The notes under the pieces were generated by a model that had not been told where the DNA came from, did no database searches, and was given only the letters and a program-made list of their open reading frames with translations. 64,000 bases of DNA from Ranitomeya imitator (lineage: Eukaryota). A program made the position numbers and the translations under genes. Shown piece after piece: positions 10,875 through 21,989 of the stretch. The DNA is taken from contig NC_091286.1 of the NCBI RefSeq assembly GCF_032444005.1, positions 639,282,001-639,346,000 of the forward strand. Direction: 5' to 3'. How positions within the stretch are numbered: the stretch's first letter is position 1; each line of letters opens with the position of its first letter.

Positions 10875-11981
10875 ATGTCGAACCCCGGAGGAGCGGAGGC
10901 GGCGGCCACAGCTGCAGACTCGGGAGCACTTCCGGATTCCGGGGTAAGTGCAGCCACAAACCCGGTATCACCGCTAGAGGCCGCGGGGCTTACCGCTTCC
11001 ACCAACCAGCCGGATAGTGCTGCCGCTACAGCAGCCATAATGCCCTTCTCTGTGCCGTACCTTCCAGGCGCCGCCTGGCTCCCATGATACTTTGGAGAAG
11101 CTCATACGTTAACTGACTTTAAAGAAGGGATTTGTAGCCTGCTTGAGTTTTATCCCTTGACGGAGCCTCAGAAGGTTCATATGATAATCGGCCAACTCTT
11201 TGGAGCGGCATTGAGGGAAGTAAAGTCCTGGCCCGCTGCGGACAAGAAAACTGCGCAACAATTATTTGCCAAGCTTAAAGCCACCTTTGACACCCGCACC
11301 GCTACGGAAATTAAATTGACGTTCTATGGGTGCAAGCAGCGGCCGCAGGATAGCTTACGGGACTATGCCCTTAATCTGCAGGAGGCGCTGCGGGCCATCA
11401 AGCAAAGTGACCCAAACAGCATGCAAGATGAAGATAAACTCCTGAAAGTGCGGTTCATCGAAGGGCTCCTGTGCAGTAATCAAAGGGCCCAGCTACACTT
11501 CCTGGCCATGCAGAATCCAGACCTGACCTTCGCGCAATTCAAAGATAAAGCTATCCAGGCGCTACCGGAGCGGCAGCCCAGCCGTGCCACACTTCCCAGG
11601 TGGCAAGCCCTCACATACCACCAGTAGGTGGCGCCGGACGCACATGTCTCCGCCGAGGCCGATGCCCAGATCCTGGGCAACGACTCCCCTGCAGGACTGC
11701 GTCTCCAAGTACAGGAACTGACCAGGAGCGTTGCTGCCCTAGCCCGGACCGTCCAGTCCCTACAGGAAGCCCCCAAGGCGAAGATCCAGCTGGCTTCCAG
11801 ACCGGAGGATGTCCCCTGGCAACGACCAAGGAGGGTTCCATCGACCAGAGGCAGGGACGACGATCGTTTTCATCAGGATGGACGACCTATCTGCCACCGT
11901 TGCCACCAGGTGGGCCACCTTGCAAGGTACTGTCAGTTAAACGAGCAACCCCTGGGGCCAAGGGCCAACCCCCAGGAGTAG
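10875..11981 (+). pseudogene. gag: Gypsy gag with two in-frame stops (TGA 11085-11087, TAG 11625-11627)
   Basis: ORFs 10875, 11157 and 11628 share one frame. C-terminal CHRCHQVGHLARYC is a CX2CX4HX4C zinc knuckle. Confidence 0.92.
11936..11976 (+). promoter_or_regulatory. Putative -1 ribosomal frameshift signal (G TTA AAC + 8-nt spacer + hairpin)
   Basis: The heptamer is phased to gag codons and pol lies in the -1 frame. Stem CCTGGGG (11951-11957) pairs with CCCCAGG (11970-11976). Confidence 0.75.
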
Positions 11982-14197
11982 AACGCCCAGGCCCGCAAAA
12001 TTGGAGAGCCAAATACATTGGGGGGCGTCCTGTTCTCCCTATCGTGATCGACGGTATCCCCATGAACGCTTTGCTGGACACCGGCTCCCAGGTGACAACT
12101 ATGCCCTACATCCTTTATAAACGTTATTGGGAGGACACTGACATCACCAGTGCCCCTGATGATGATTTCACCATAATAGCTAGCAATGGTCAGCCACTGC
12201 CACAAGTGGGATACAAAGAGGTCACTATTAAGGTGGGGTGGGTAGAATTGGAGGCCCAAGGAATTGTCATTGTTGATATTGACCAGCGTGAACGTAACCC
12301 CATGATGACCATCGGTACTAATGTCATAGAAAATTGTCTTGCAGAAGTTATTGTTTTGTTGCAGCAAGTAGCAGAGACAGCTGGTCACAGTGAACAACGT
12401 GCCTTACAGAAAGAAATCAGAGCCCTAATGCGGAGACAGCAAGTGGAGCTGACTGGTGGTGAAATTGGCCAGGTCACAGTGAGTGATTCGAACCCCATTG
12501 CAATACCCCCCAGGAGTGAAATGTTAATATGGTGTCGGGCAGCCATAGATCTCGGGGGTAAAGACTATCAGGCCCTGGTAGAACCCGTGTATTCAGAGAA
12601 TAGGCCTACCATCCTGACAGCCAGAGGGGTGGTTGATGTCCGCAAGGGAAGGGTGCCGGTACGTGTTCTTAACTGCGGGGAGGAGGAAGTCCACCTCACT
12701 AAATATGTTACCCTTGCCAAGCTGTTTACTGTTAATAATAGTGTGATACAGGCACCCGGGCCCTTGGCTCCATCCAGGTCAGCGGAGGACAATGGCTCTG
12801 CAGAACAATCCAAAGATTGGTGCCAAGAATTACATGTGGGTGCTGATGCTACTCCATCTCACCAGATACAGGGGGCCTACAGGGTGGTTCACGAGTATGA
12901 GCGGGTATTCAGCAAACACCCCCTTGATTTCGGGCGGGTAAAAGGGATTCAACATCACATCCCCACAGGAGACCACCCGCCCGTAAAAGAAAGATACCGT
13001 CCTGTACCCCCAGCTCATTATCAGTGTGCCAAGGACATGTTGCGAGAGATGAAGGAGGCTGGGGTAGTGAGAGACAGCTGTAGCCCCTGGGCAGCTCCAT
13101 TAGTCCTCGTTAGAAAGAAAGATGGCACCATGAGGATGTGTGTGGATTATAGGCAATTAAACCGCATTACACATAAGGGCGCATACCCCCTGCCTAGGAT
13201 AGAGGAGTCCTTGGCTGCGTTAAAGTCTGCTAATTACTTCTCTACTTTAGATCTCACCAGTGGGTATTGGCAGGTTCCCGTGGCAGAGGCGGACAAAGAA
13301 AAGACAGCCTTCACAATGCCGATGGGTCTCTGCGAGTTCAACTACATGCCCTTCAGATTGTGCAACGCCTCGGGGACGTTCCAGAGGATAATGGAGTGCT
13401 GTTTGGGACACAAGAACTTTGAGACCGTGCTGCTGTATCTGGATGATGTCATTGTCTTCTCTAAGACCTATGAAGACCATCTGAAGCACCTGGCCGAGGT
13501 CTTTGAAGCGCTGTCCAACTTTGGATTAAAGGTGAAACCGTCCAAGTGCCATCTGCTCAAACCCAAAGTACAGTACTTGGGCCATGTGGTGAGTGCCGAA
13601 GGAGTGGCACCAGACCCCGACAAGGTCACGGTGATCAGGGACTGGCCGCAGCCCAGTAACATTCATGAGGTCCGGCAGTTCCTCGGGTTGGTGGGTTACT
13701 ACCGGAGGTTTATCAAGGACTTCACCAAGAAGGCCACGCCGTTGCAAGACCTGTTGGTGGGCCAGCCCAAGAAACCCAAGGGTAAGAATACCCCGCTGGA
13801 TTGGAACGACGGACTGGAAGGAGCGTTCACTTGCTTAAAATCGGCATTAACGGGAGAGGAAGTACTAGCCTACCCGGAATACGATCAACCATTCGTATTG
13901 TACACGGACGCCAGCAACGTGGGGCTGGGAGCGGTGCTGTCCCAGGTCCAGAAGGGCAAAGAACGAGTAATCGCCTATGCCAGCAGGAAGCTTCGCCCCA
14001 CTGAAAGGAACCCAGACAACTACAGTTCCTTTAAGCTGGAGTTCCTCGCGGTCGTTTGGCCCGTGACGGAGAGGTTCAAGCACTATCTGGCCTCAGCGAA
14101 GTTCACCGTCTTCACGGATAATAATCCACTTACGCACTTGGACACAGCGAAACTCAGCGCCTTGGAGCAGTGGTGGATGGCCTGGTTGTCTAATTAC

Positions 14198-15414
14198 ATA
14201 GTAACATAGTAACATAGTAACATAGTTAGTAAGGCCGAAAAAAGACATTTGTCCATCCAGTTCAGCCTATATTCCATCATAATAAATCCCCAGATCTACG
14301 TCCTTCTACAGAACCTAATAATTGTATGATACAATATTGTTCTGCTCCAGGAAGACATCCAGGCCTCTCTTGAACCCCTCGACTGAGTTCGCCATCACCA
14401 CCTCCTCAGGCAAGCAATTCCAGATTCTCACTGCCCTAACAGTAAAGAATCCTCTTCTATGTTGGTGGAAAAACCTTCTCTCCTCCAGACGCAAAGAATG
14501 CCCCCTTGTGCCCGTCACCTTCCTTGGTATAAACAGATCCTCAGCGAGATATTTGTATTGTCCCCTTATATACTTATACATGGTTATTAGATCGCCCCTC
14601 AGTCGTCTTTTTTCTAGACTAAATAATCCTAATTTCGCTAATCTATCTGGGTATTGTAGTTCTCCCATCCCCTTTATTAATTTTGTTGCCCTCCTTTGTA
14701 CTCTCTCTAGTTCCATTATATCCTTCCTGAGCACCGGTGCCCAAAACTGGACACAGTACTCCATGTGCGGTCTAACTAGGGATTTGTACAGAGGCAGTAT
14801 AATGCTCTCATCATGTGTATCCAGACCTCTTTTAATGCACCCCATGATCCTGTTTGCCTTGGCAGCTGCTGCCTGGCACTGGCTGCTCCAGGTAAGTTTA
14901 TCATTAACTAGGATCCCCAAGTCCTTCTCCCTGTCAGATTTACCCAGTGGTTTCCCGTTCAGTGTGTAATGGTGATATTGATTCCCTCTTCCCATGTGTA
15001 TAACCTTACATTTATCATTGTTAAACCTCATCTGCCACCTTTCAGCCCAAGTTTCCAACTTATCCAGATCCATCTGTAGCAGAATACTATCTTCTCTTGT
15101 ATTAACTGCTTTACATAGTTTTGTATCATCTGCAAATATCGATATTTTACTGTGTAAACCTTCTACCAGATCATTAATGAATATGTTGAAGAGAACAGGT
15201 CCCAATACTGACCCCTGCGGTACCCCACTGGTCACAGCGACCCAGTTAGAGACTATACCATTTATAACCACCCTCTGCTTTCTATCACTAAGCCAGTTAC
15301 TAACCCATTTACACACATTTTCCCCCAGACCAAGCATTCTCATTTTGTGTACCAACCTCTTGTGCGGCACGGTATCAAACGCTTTGGAAAAATCGAGATA
15401 TACCACGTCCAATG
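14198..15414 (-). mobile_element. 5'-truncated CR1 LINE in the Gypsy RNase H region
   Basis: ORF 14315-15412 has YLDFSKAFDTVPH, GVPQGSVLGP and FADDTKL. 3' (TATGTTAC)n microsatellite tail. ATTAC is repeated at both junctions, and the pol frame WLSNY|DFTIKY rejoins across it. Confidence 0.97.
14315..15412 (-). CDS. CR1 ORF2 reverse transcriptase C-terminal part (365 aa, no stops)
   Basis: Canonical CR1 RT motifs in an uninterrupted frame. Confidence 0.93.
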   Translation of the reverse strand: MDVVYLDFSKAFDTVPHKRLVHKMRMLGLGENVCKWVSNWLSDRKQRVVINGIVSNWVAVTSGVPQGSVLGPVLFNIFINDLVEGLHSKISIFADDTKLCKAVNTREDSILLQMDLDKLETWAERWQMRFNNDKCKVIHMGRGNQYHHYTLNGKPLGKSDREKDLGILVNDKLTWSSQCQAAAAKANRIMGCIKRGLDTHDESIILPLYKSLVRPHMEYCVQFWAPVLRKDIMELERVQRRATKLIKGMGELQYPDRLAKLGLFSLEKRRLRGDLITMYKYIRGQYKYLAEDLFIPRKVTGTRGHSLRLEERRFFHQHRRGFFTVRAVRIWNCLPEEVVMANSVEGFKRGLDVFLEQNNIVSYNY

Positions 15415-17347
15415 ATTACGACTTCACCATCAAGTACCGGGCGGGGCACAAGAATGCGAATGCCAATGCATTGTCCCGAATGCCTCACCTACCCGAAACG
15501 GAGGAAGACCCAGAGGCATTTGAAGAAGTGCAACTGCCCGCTTTCCATCATCCCAAGGCAACTCAGTGTTCCCATCAGGTGGAGAACAGGCGCAGAAACA
15601 AACAGGGCGCCCCGTTGAATCCCCTGCCCCACCACGGGTGGACAGAGAACCAGGATGGTGACCCTGCAGTCCGTCGGGTGAAGGAGCTCCTGACGCAGGC
15701 AGATTTGCATCCTGGCCCGGATGATCCACCGGAGGCATTACAGTTGTGGAAGGAGAGGGGCAAACTGTTTATTCATGATGGCAAGCTGTGCCGAAGGAAC
15801 ATCGACCCTCGCACTCACGAATTAGTGTGGCAGATTGTGGTCCCCAGACAAGATGTGCCCATGGTCCTGTGAGCATACCACGATGGGGCAGGACACTTCG
15901 GATGGAGAAAGCTGGAGAGACTACTCCGTGGGAGGTTCTACTGGGTCGGCATGAAGAAGGCTATCGAGAAGTGGTGTCGAGAGTGTGGCCCCTGTGGCCT
16001 ACGCCGGAAGGATCGTGACAGCCAACGGGCTCCCTTGCAGCCCATCATCACCAAACGACCGCTCGAGTTGGTCGCGCTGGATCACGTAAAGCTAACACCT
16101 AGCCGGTCAGGGTATATCTATGCTCTCACCATGGTGGACCACTATTCCAGGTTCCTGGTAGTCGTACCAGTCAAAGATCTGACGGCTAGGACGGCTGCCA
16201 AAACCTTCCAGCAGTACTTGTGTCGACCACATGGATACCCAGAGAAGGTGTTGACCGATCAGAGGCCGGCATTTGAAGCGGAGGTGTTCCAGGAGTTCTG
16301 CAATTTGTACGGGTGTAAGAAGATCAGAACCATGCTGTACCATCCACAGACCAACGGGATGTGTGAAAAGATGAATCAAGTGGTGATCCACTTACTGAAA
16401 ACCTTACCTGTAGAGGAGTGGAACTTGTGGCCTACGAAGTTACCAGATCTGGTGGACATGTACAACCACATTCCGGTGAATTCCACCAACTGCACCCCAG
16501 CGTACCTGATGCGAGGAAGGTCTAGCAAGTTACCCGTCGATCTGGACATGGGGGTTCTGACCCTCGAAGAGATATCATCAGATGCGGATTGGGATACCGA
16601 GAGACAGCAGAGGTACCGCAAAGTACAGGAATCTGTGGAAAAGAGTCTCGCTCAGGCCAGACAGAAGCAAGAGAGGGACTACAACCAGCGTGCTCCCGCG
16701 GCTCCATTGGCACCTGGTGAGCAAGTACTCAAGAGAAAGAGGAGACTACACAAGCTGGATGATCAATGGGAAGCGGAACCGTATACCGTTCTCCCCTCCG
16801 ACTTCGACAATGCAAAGGTCTGTCTCATCAGTAAGGACGGAGGAGAGACCTCAGCGGCCATATCCAGAGACCACCTGAAAATATGCCCAGATAAGCTGAA
16901 AGATGGGGAAACAGATCCCCGGATTTCTCCGCCTGTGGAAGAAGAGAAGATTATACACACTGTTCTTGGTGATTTTCCCCAGTCCTGGACTCAAATAAAT
17001 CAGGCCATTGTGGTACCTGTCCTAACGTTCCGTCAACCGAGACCGCCAGAATTAAATGTGGTGCCAGGGCAGCTGGACCCGCCAGCGCAGCCGACCCCAC
17101 CAGGAGATGCGATGCCAACGGTCGAACCAGCGGGTCCTCCCTCTGTCATCGGTGAATCTGCCATGCCCACCATTAATAGTGGTAGCACTGAGGACGCCAG
17201 TATGCCAGTGCTGCCCAGAATCACTAGAAGTGTAGCTAGAAGACAGTGCACTACACTAGCGATAGCAAGCGTAGCGGGTCCTGTCAGGCCAGTAGCAACT
17301 CCTGCTCTGTGGAGGTCCACGCGTAGCACCCAGAACCAGACTCCACT

Positions 17348-17459
17348 GCACGGTGGCGCAGTGGTTAGCACTGCAGCCTTGCAGCGCTGGAGTCCTGGGT
17401 TCAAACCCCACCAAGGACAACATCTGCAAAGAGTTTGTATGTTCTCTCCGTGTTTGCGT

Positions 17460-17490
<31 letters not shown>

Positions 17491-17626
17491 ACATTCCAAA
17501 GACATACTGATAGGGAATTTAGATTGTGAGCCCCATCGGGGACAGTGATCATAATGTGTGCAAAAATGTAAAGCGCTGCGGAATATGTTAGCGCTATATA
17601 AAAATAAAGATTATTATTATTATTAT
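17348..17626 (+). mobile_element. tRNA-derived V-SINE with an L2-derived tail, inserted in the integrase C-terminus
   Basis: Box A TGGCGCAGTGG (17354-17364), box B GGTTCAAACCC, V-domain GTTTGTATGTTCTCTCCGTG...TTTCCTCCCAC, tail GTAAAGCGCTGCGGAATATGTTAGCGCTATATAAA(TTA)n. Confidence 0.9.
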
Positions 17627-17810
17627 AGACCTTGGCGATATTAACGATAGTTGTTATTTGGTTGAAAATGCTTGTGTAAATATTTGTGTTATAGGTTAAA
17701 AATGGACAATGGTGTGATGGACAGTGAATCACTCCAAAACTTTTTCAGGGGCCCCTTTGTTTACCCGGGGTCCCTGCTATTCTATGGTTACACCTACAGA
17801 ACTGGGAGTC

Positions 17811-18565
17811 TGTTGTGAATTCTGTGGCTGAATTCACTCCTGTGGTCACAAGTGGTACTGCAGCTTCTGGGCTTCCTCCCTCAGGTGTTCTGGTGAGCTC
17901 GTTGGCTGCCTTGTTATTTAACTCCACCTGATTCTGTCTTCCTTGCTCCTTGTCAATGTTCCAGTGTTGGATCTGAGCTTCTGGATCTTTCCTGTGGCCT
18001 GCTGCTCTGCTTAGATAAGTGCTTCTTTGCTTTTGTTGCTGTTTTTTCTGTCCAGCTTGTCTATTTGTTTTTGCTGGAAGCTCTGAGACGCAAAGGGTGT
18101 ACCGCCGTGCCGTTAGTTCGGCACGGTGGGTCTTTTTGCCCCCTTTGCGTGGTTTTTTGCTTTAGGGTTTTTTGTAGACTGCAAAGTTCTCTTTGCTATC
18201 CTCGCTCTATCTAGAATATCGGGCCTCACTTTGCTGAATCTATTTCATCCCTACGTTTTGTCTTTTCATCTTGCTAACAGTCATTATGTGGGGGGCTGCC
18301 TTTTCCTTTGGGGTATTTCTCTGAGGCAAGTCAGGCTTGTATTTCTATCTTCAGGCTAGTCAGTTCCTCAGGCTGTGCCGAGTTGCATAGGTAGTGTCAG
18401 GCGCAATCCACAGCTGCCTTTAGTTGTGTTTAGGATAGGTTCAGGTATTGCGGTCTACAGAGATTCCACGTCTCAGAGCTCGTTCTATTGTTTTTGGGTT
18501 ATTGTCAGATCACTGTATGTGCTCTGATTACTGGCACACTGTGTTACTGGATTGCCTTCATAACA
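17811..18565 (+). mobile_element. Solo LTR with 6-bp TSD in the Gypsy 3' UTR
   Basis: TGTTGTGAATTCTG...CATAACA termini and GGAGTC duplicated (17805-17810, 18566-18571). Confidence 0.93.
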
Positions 18566-18742
18566 GGAGTCATGGACTGTGCATGACCAATCTTTTGCAA
18601 CGTTCAAGCGTCCTTACCTTCCATAACGGAAAGCACTGTTATATTTATTTGTTCATAGTATATATATAAGAGTTTTTGTGTGTTTTCAATTAACATGTAT
18701 TGTTGTTCTTCTGTTCCCAGTCTGGGAGTACTGGATTTAACC

Positions 18743-18751
18743 GGGGGGGAG
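18743..18751 (+). promoter_or_regulatory. Polypurine tract
   Basis: GGGGGGGAG directly abuts the TG of the 3' LTR. Confidence 0.85.
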
Positions 18752-19833
18752 TGCAGCGCCCCAGAGAACTGGTCGTTGCAGTAACGTCACTCTGCCACTA
18801 AGGGGAGTGATGGTACGTCTGATGGCACTAAAGGAATTCTCCTGACCATGTATCACCAAGCACACATTACACTTCACACTCCAGCCACTAGGGGGAGCAA
18901 AAGGCTTATTTATTGGGCCACTTCTCACATTGGTAAAACTAGGGGTCTGACAGGAAGTTAGGCAGAACGAAGCCTGGGAGAGTTCCAGGGAGGACCTGTC
19001 AGACCTGGGAAATCTGGCAGGTACCTAGCGAAAGGGACAGATCATTACGGGACCGCGCCTGCACTACCTTGCGGCGGTATCCAAAGAAAGAGACAAGAAA
19101 GGAAGGATATTGTGGAACAGTGAGAAAAGAGATCAGCACAAAGGAGATCCAGTAGGAGTCGTGCCCCGAGAACGGCAACATCTTACTGAGGCGCATAGTC
19201 GGTGGCCGGAGCACCGAAGAAGTGACAGTCTCCACGCATTACTTCAAACAGTGGCAGGACAGTTAATTACAGGTTGGCTGTCTGCCATACAACACCTAAT
19301 AAGGACATAAGAGGCAACGTGGGAGAGGGGCGACACTAGGGTTCCAGAATACCTCCAAGCCTACCTGTCCTAAAGGTGCGTCCTAGCCAAAATATACCTG
19401 GGGGACGTTAGAAACTAGCAACATCTGGAACCAAAGAACAAGAGAGAGAAAGAGAGCTGTAGAGAACGAACGAACGAGAACAGCAGTTGTGAGGACTATC
19501 CTGAATGCTCAGCAGGGAAGCACAACAGCACACAGGCGCTAGTGGGTAGACACTGATATCCACCTGCAAAGGGAACTCTGGATGTGCCTTCGGACCAGCC
19601 GGTCTCAGACAGCCCTGGTGAAAGTGCCCCGGATTGAGGATCCTGAAAACCTTCAGTAAAACGTAAAGAAACTGAGACCTGTGTCCTCGTTATTCCTCGC
19701 ACTACACACCACCACCTTTATTGGACGCCCCTTAGCATGGTCACGACCAGGTCCAGCCACCGTGACAAACGCATAACTGAGCGGAAAGGACCGGTACCGA
19801 GTGACTTGTGGCCCTGTGTCTGGGGGCGCTCCA
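18752..19833 (+). repeat. 3' LTR (1082 bp)
   Basis: TGCAGCGCCCC...GGCGCTCCA followed by the ACAT TSD. Confidence 0.97.
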
Positions 19834-21027
19834 ACATCACTGTGTTTATTATCCCTGTACTCTGACATCAGTGTGTTTATTATCCCTGTACTGTGACATC
19901 ACTGTGTTTATTATCCCTGTACTGTGACATCACAGTGTTTATTATCCCTGTACTGTGACATCACTGTGTTTATTATCCCTGTACTGTGACATCACTGTGT
20001 TTATTATCCCTGTACTGTGACATCACTGTGTTTATTATCCCTGTACTGTGACATCACTGTGTTTATTATCCCTATACTGTGACATCACTGTGTTTATTAT
20101 CACAGTACTGTGACATCAGTGATTATTATCCCTGTACTATGTCATCACTGTGTTTATTATCTCTGTACTGTGATATCACTGTGTTTATTATCCCTGTACT
20201 GTGACATCACTGTGTTTATTATCCTTGTACTGTGACATCACTGTGTTTATTATCTCTTTACTGTGACATCACTGTGTTTATTATCCCTGTACTGTGACAT
20301 CACTGTGTTTATTATCTCTGTACTGTGACATCACTGTGTTTATAATCTCTGTACTGTGACATCACTGTGTTTATTATCCCTGTACTGTGACATCACTGTG
20401 TTTATTATCCCTGTACTGTGACATCATTGTGTTTATTATCCCTGTACTGTGTCATCACTGTGTTTATTATGCCTGTACTGTGACATCACTGTGTTTATTA
20501 TCCCTGTACTGTGACATCACTGTGTTTATTATCCCTGTACTGTGACATCACTGTGTTTATTATCCCTGTACTGTGACATCACTGTGTTTATTATCCCTAT
20601 ACTGTGACATCACTGTGTTTATTATCACAGTACTGTGACATCAGTGATTATTATCCCTGTACTATGTCATCACTGTGTTTATTATCTCTGTACTGTGATA
20701 TCACTGTGTTTATTATCCCTGTACTGTGACATCACTGTGTTTATTATCCTTGTACTGTGACATCACTGTGTTTATTATCTCTTTACTGTGACATCACTGT
20801 GTTTATTATCCCTGTACTGTGACATCACTGTATTTATTATCACAGTACTGTGACATCACTGTGTTTATTATCCCTGTACTGTGACATCACAGTGTTTATT
20901 ATCCCTGTACTGTGACATCACTGTGTTTATTATCCCTGTACTGTGACATCACAGTGTTTATTATCCCTGTACTGTGACATCTGTTTATTATCCCTGTACT
21001 GTGACATCATTGTGCATATTATCCCTG
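19834..21027. repeat. 31-bp tandem repeat, right part of the array (about 38 units)
   Basis: Same unit as 7482-8128; it resumes in register after the TSD. Confidence 0.97.
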
Positions 21028-21947
21028 AGTTGTGACTAGCAACAATCTAAAGTATTTGGCACTAATGAGTTAATGCCCATTTGGACTTACATATGTTAAT
21101 ACACAGTCTGTCACTGGAGGCTTGTACTTCTTCCACCCGAATGACATTGGTCAATCATAAGAAGACAGGAACACACTGGAGAAAGAACATGCCCCCACGA
21201 TAGTTCAGAGCATGTTACTCAGTGTGTGACATGTAATCACACTTATGTCTGATCTGCTCAAGCAACTTGTACTCGCTCTGCAGTGAGAGCAGTGCAAGGT
21301 GCTATTACATTCCACACAGAAGCAGACTGTTCTGGACTCACGTGTGAGATATGAAATATAATGACACCCTACTCTGATCTCACCTCAGAGTGTGTACAAG
21401 TTGCCCTGAGCACAATAGACATTAATGTGATTACTAATACATCTCTGGACAGGCACTGAGGTGGAGGACCAGTACAACAGAGGTGGCAGTACTAGGAGAG
21501 GAAGAGAACTGATAACTGATAGAATGGTTTGTAATGTGAAACAGCTAAATTCAGTTGTACTGCCCCTCTCCCCACAGGTACCCTATCAGAAAGGTTTGAG
21601 TCATCTGTGCTTTCTAACCCAGTAGGTTAGACCTGAGGATCAAGGCTGTCTGTCGTACATCTCACACACGGGGAAACTTGTTCTAAGCCTTTGTGGTGAC
21701 ATGTTCTTTTGTACTGTGTTGCTGCCAGCTTATTATTGGTCAGCATCATATAGCGAGAAAAAGTACACACTCACAGTGAAAACTGTCTGAGAGGACCCAC
21801 TTGGACTTTCCTCATATGTTCAGGTTAACATGAAAAGTTTGGTGAAAGGTTATCTTTAAGCATAATAATAGACTCACTGTTTCGTACAGAATAATTTTTC
21901 AGTAGTGTTTATCATTACAGACAGGATAACAAAGATAGGTAACTATA

Positions 21948-21989
<42 letters not shown>

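Larger units (their letters stand above)
11937..17644 (+). pseudogene. pol: Gypsy pol (protease, RT, RNase H, integrase), interrupted by CR1 and a SINE, nonsense TGA at 15870-15872
   Basis: LLDTGS protease, YLDD RT, TDASNVGLGAVL/KLEFLAVVW/TDNNPL RNase H, HDGAGH...CGPC zinc finger, DHV...TDQ...CEK integrase core. The native end YRPWRY* resumes after the SINE (TAA 17642-17644). Confidence 0.95.
8129..19833 (+). mobile_element. Full-length decayed Ty3/Gypsy LTR retrotransposon with five secondary insertions
   Basis: TG...CA LTRs (8129-9957 and 18752-19833), ACAT TSD (8125-8128 and 19834-19837), PBS, PPT, gag with CCHC knuckle, pol in PR-RT-RH-IN order. Confidence 0.98.

Noticed and set aside
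14322-15412. Plus-strand ORFs 14322-14969 and the first half of 14994-15872
   Set aside because: Antisense shadows of the CR1 RT; only the part after 15415 is genuine Gypsy pol.
17348-17420. tRNA gene (box A and box B present)
   Set aside because: No complete cloverleaf; it continues into a V-domain and L2 tail, so it is a SINE head.
17645-18751. Possible env-like third ORF in the Gypsy 3' region
   Set aside because: After removing the solo LTR only ~350 bp of AT-rich non-coding sequence remains.
7482-21027. Regular 31-bp repeats resembling a CRISPR array
   Set aside because: Units are head-to-tail with no unique spacers, there are no cas genes, and the context is eukaryotic.
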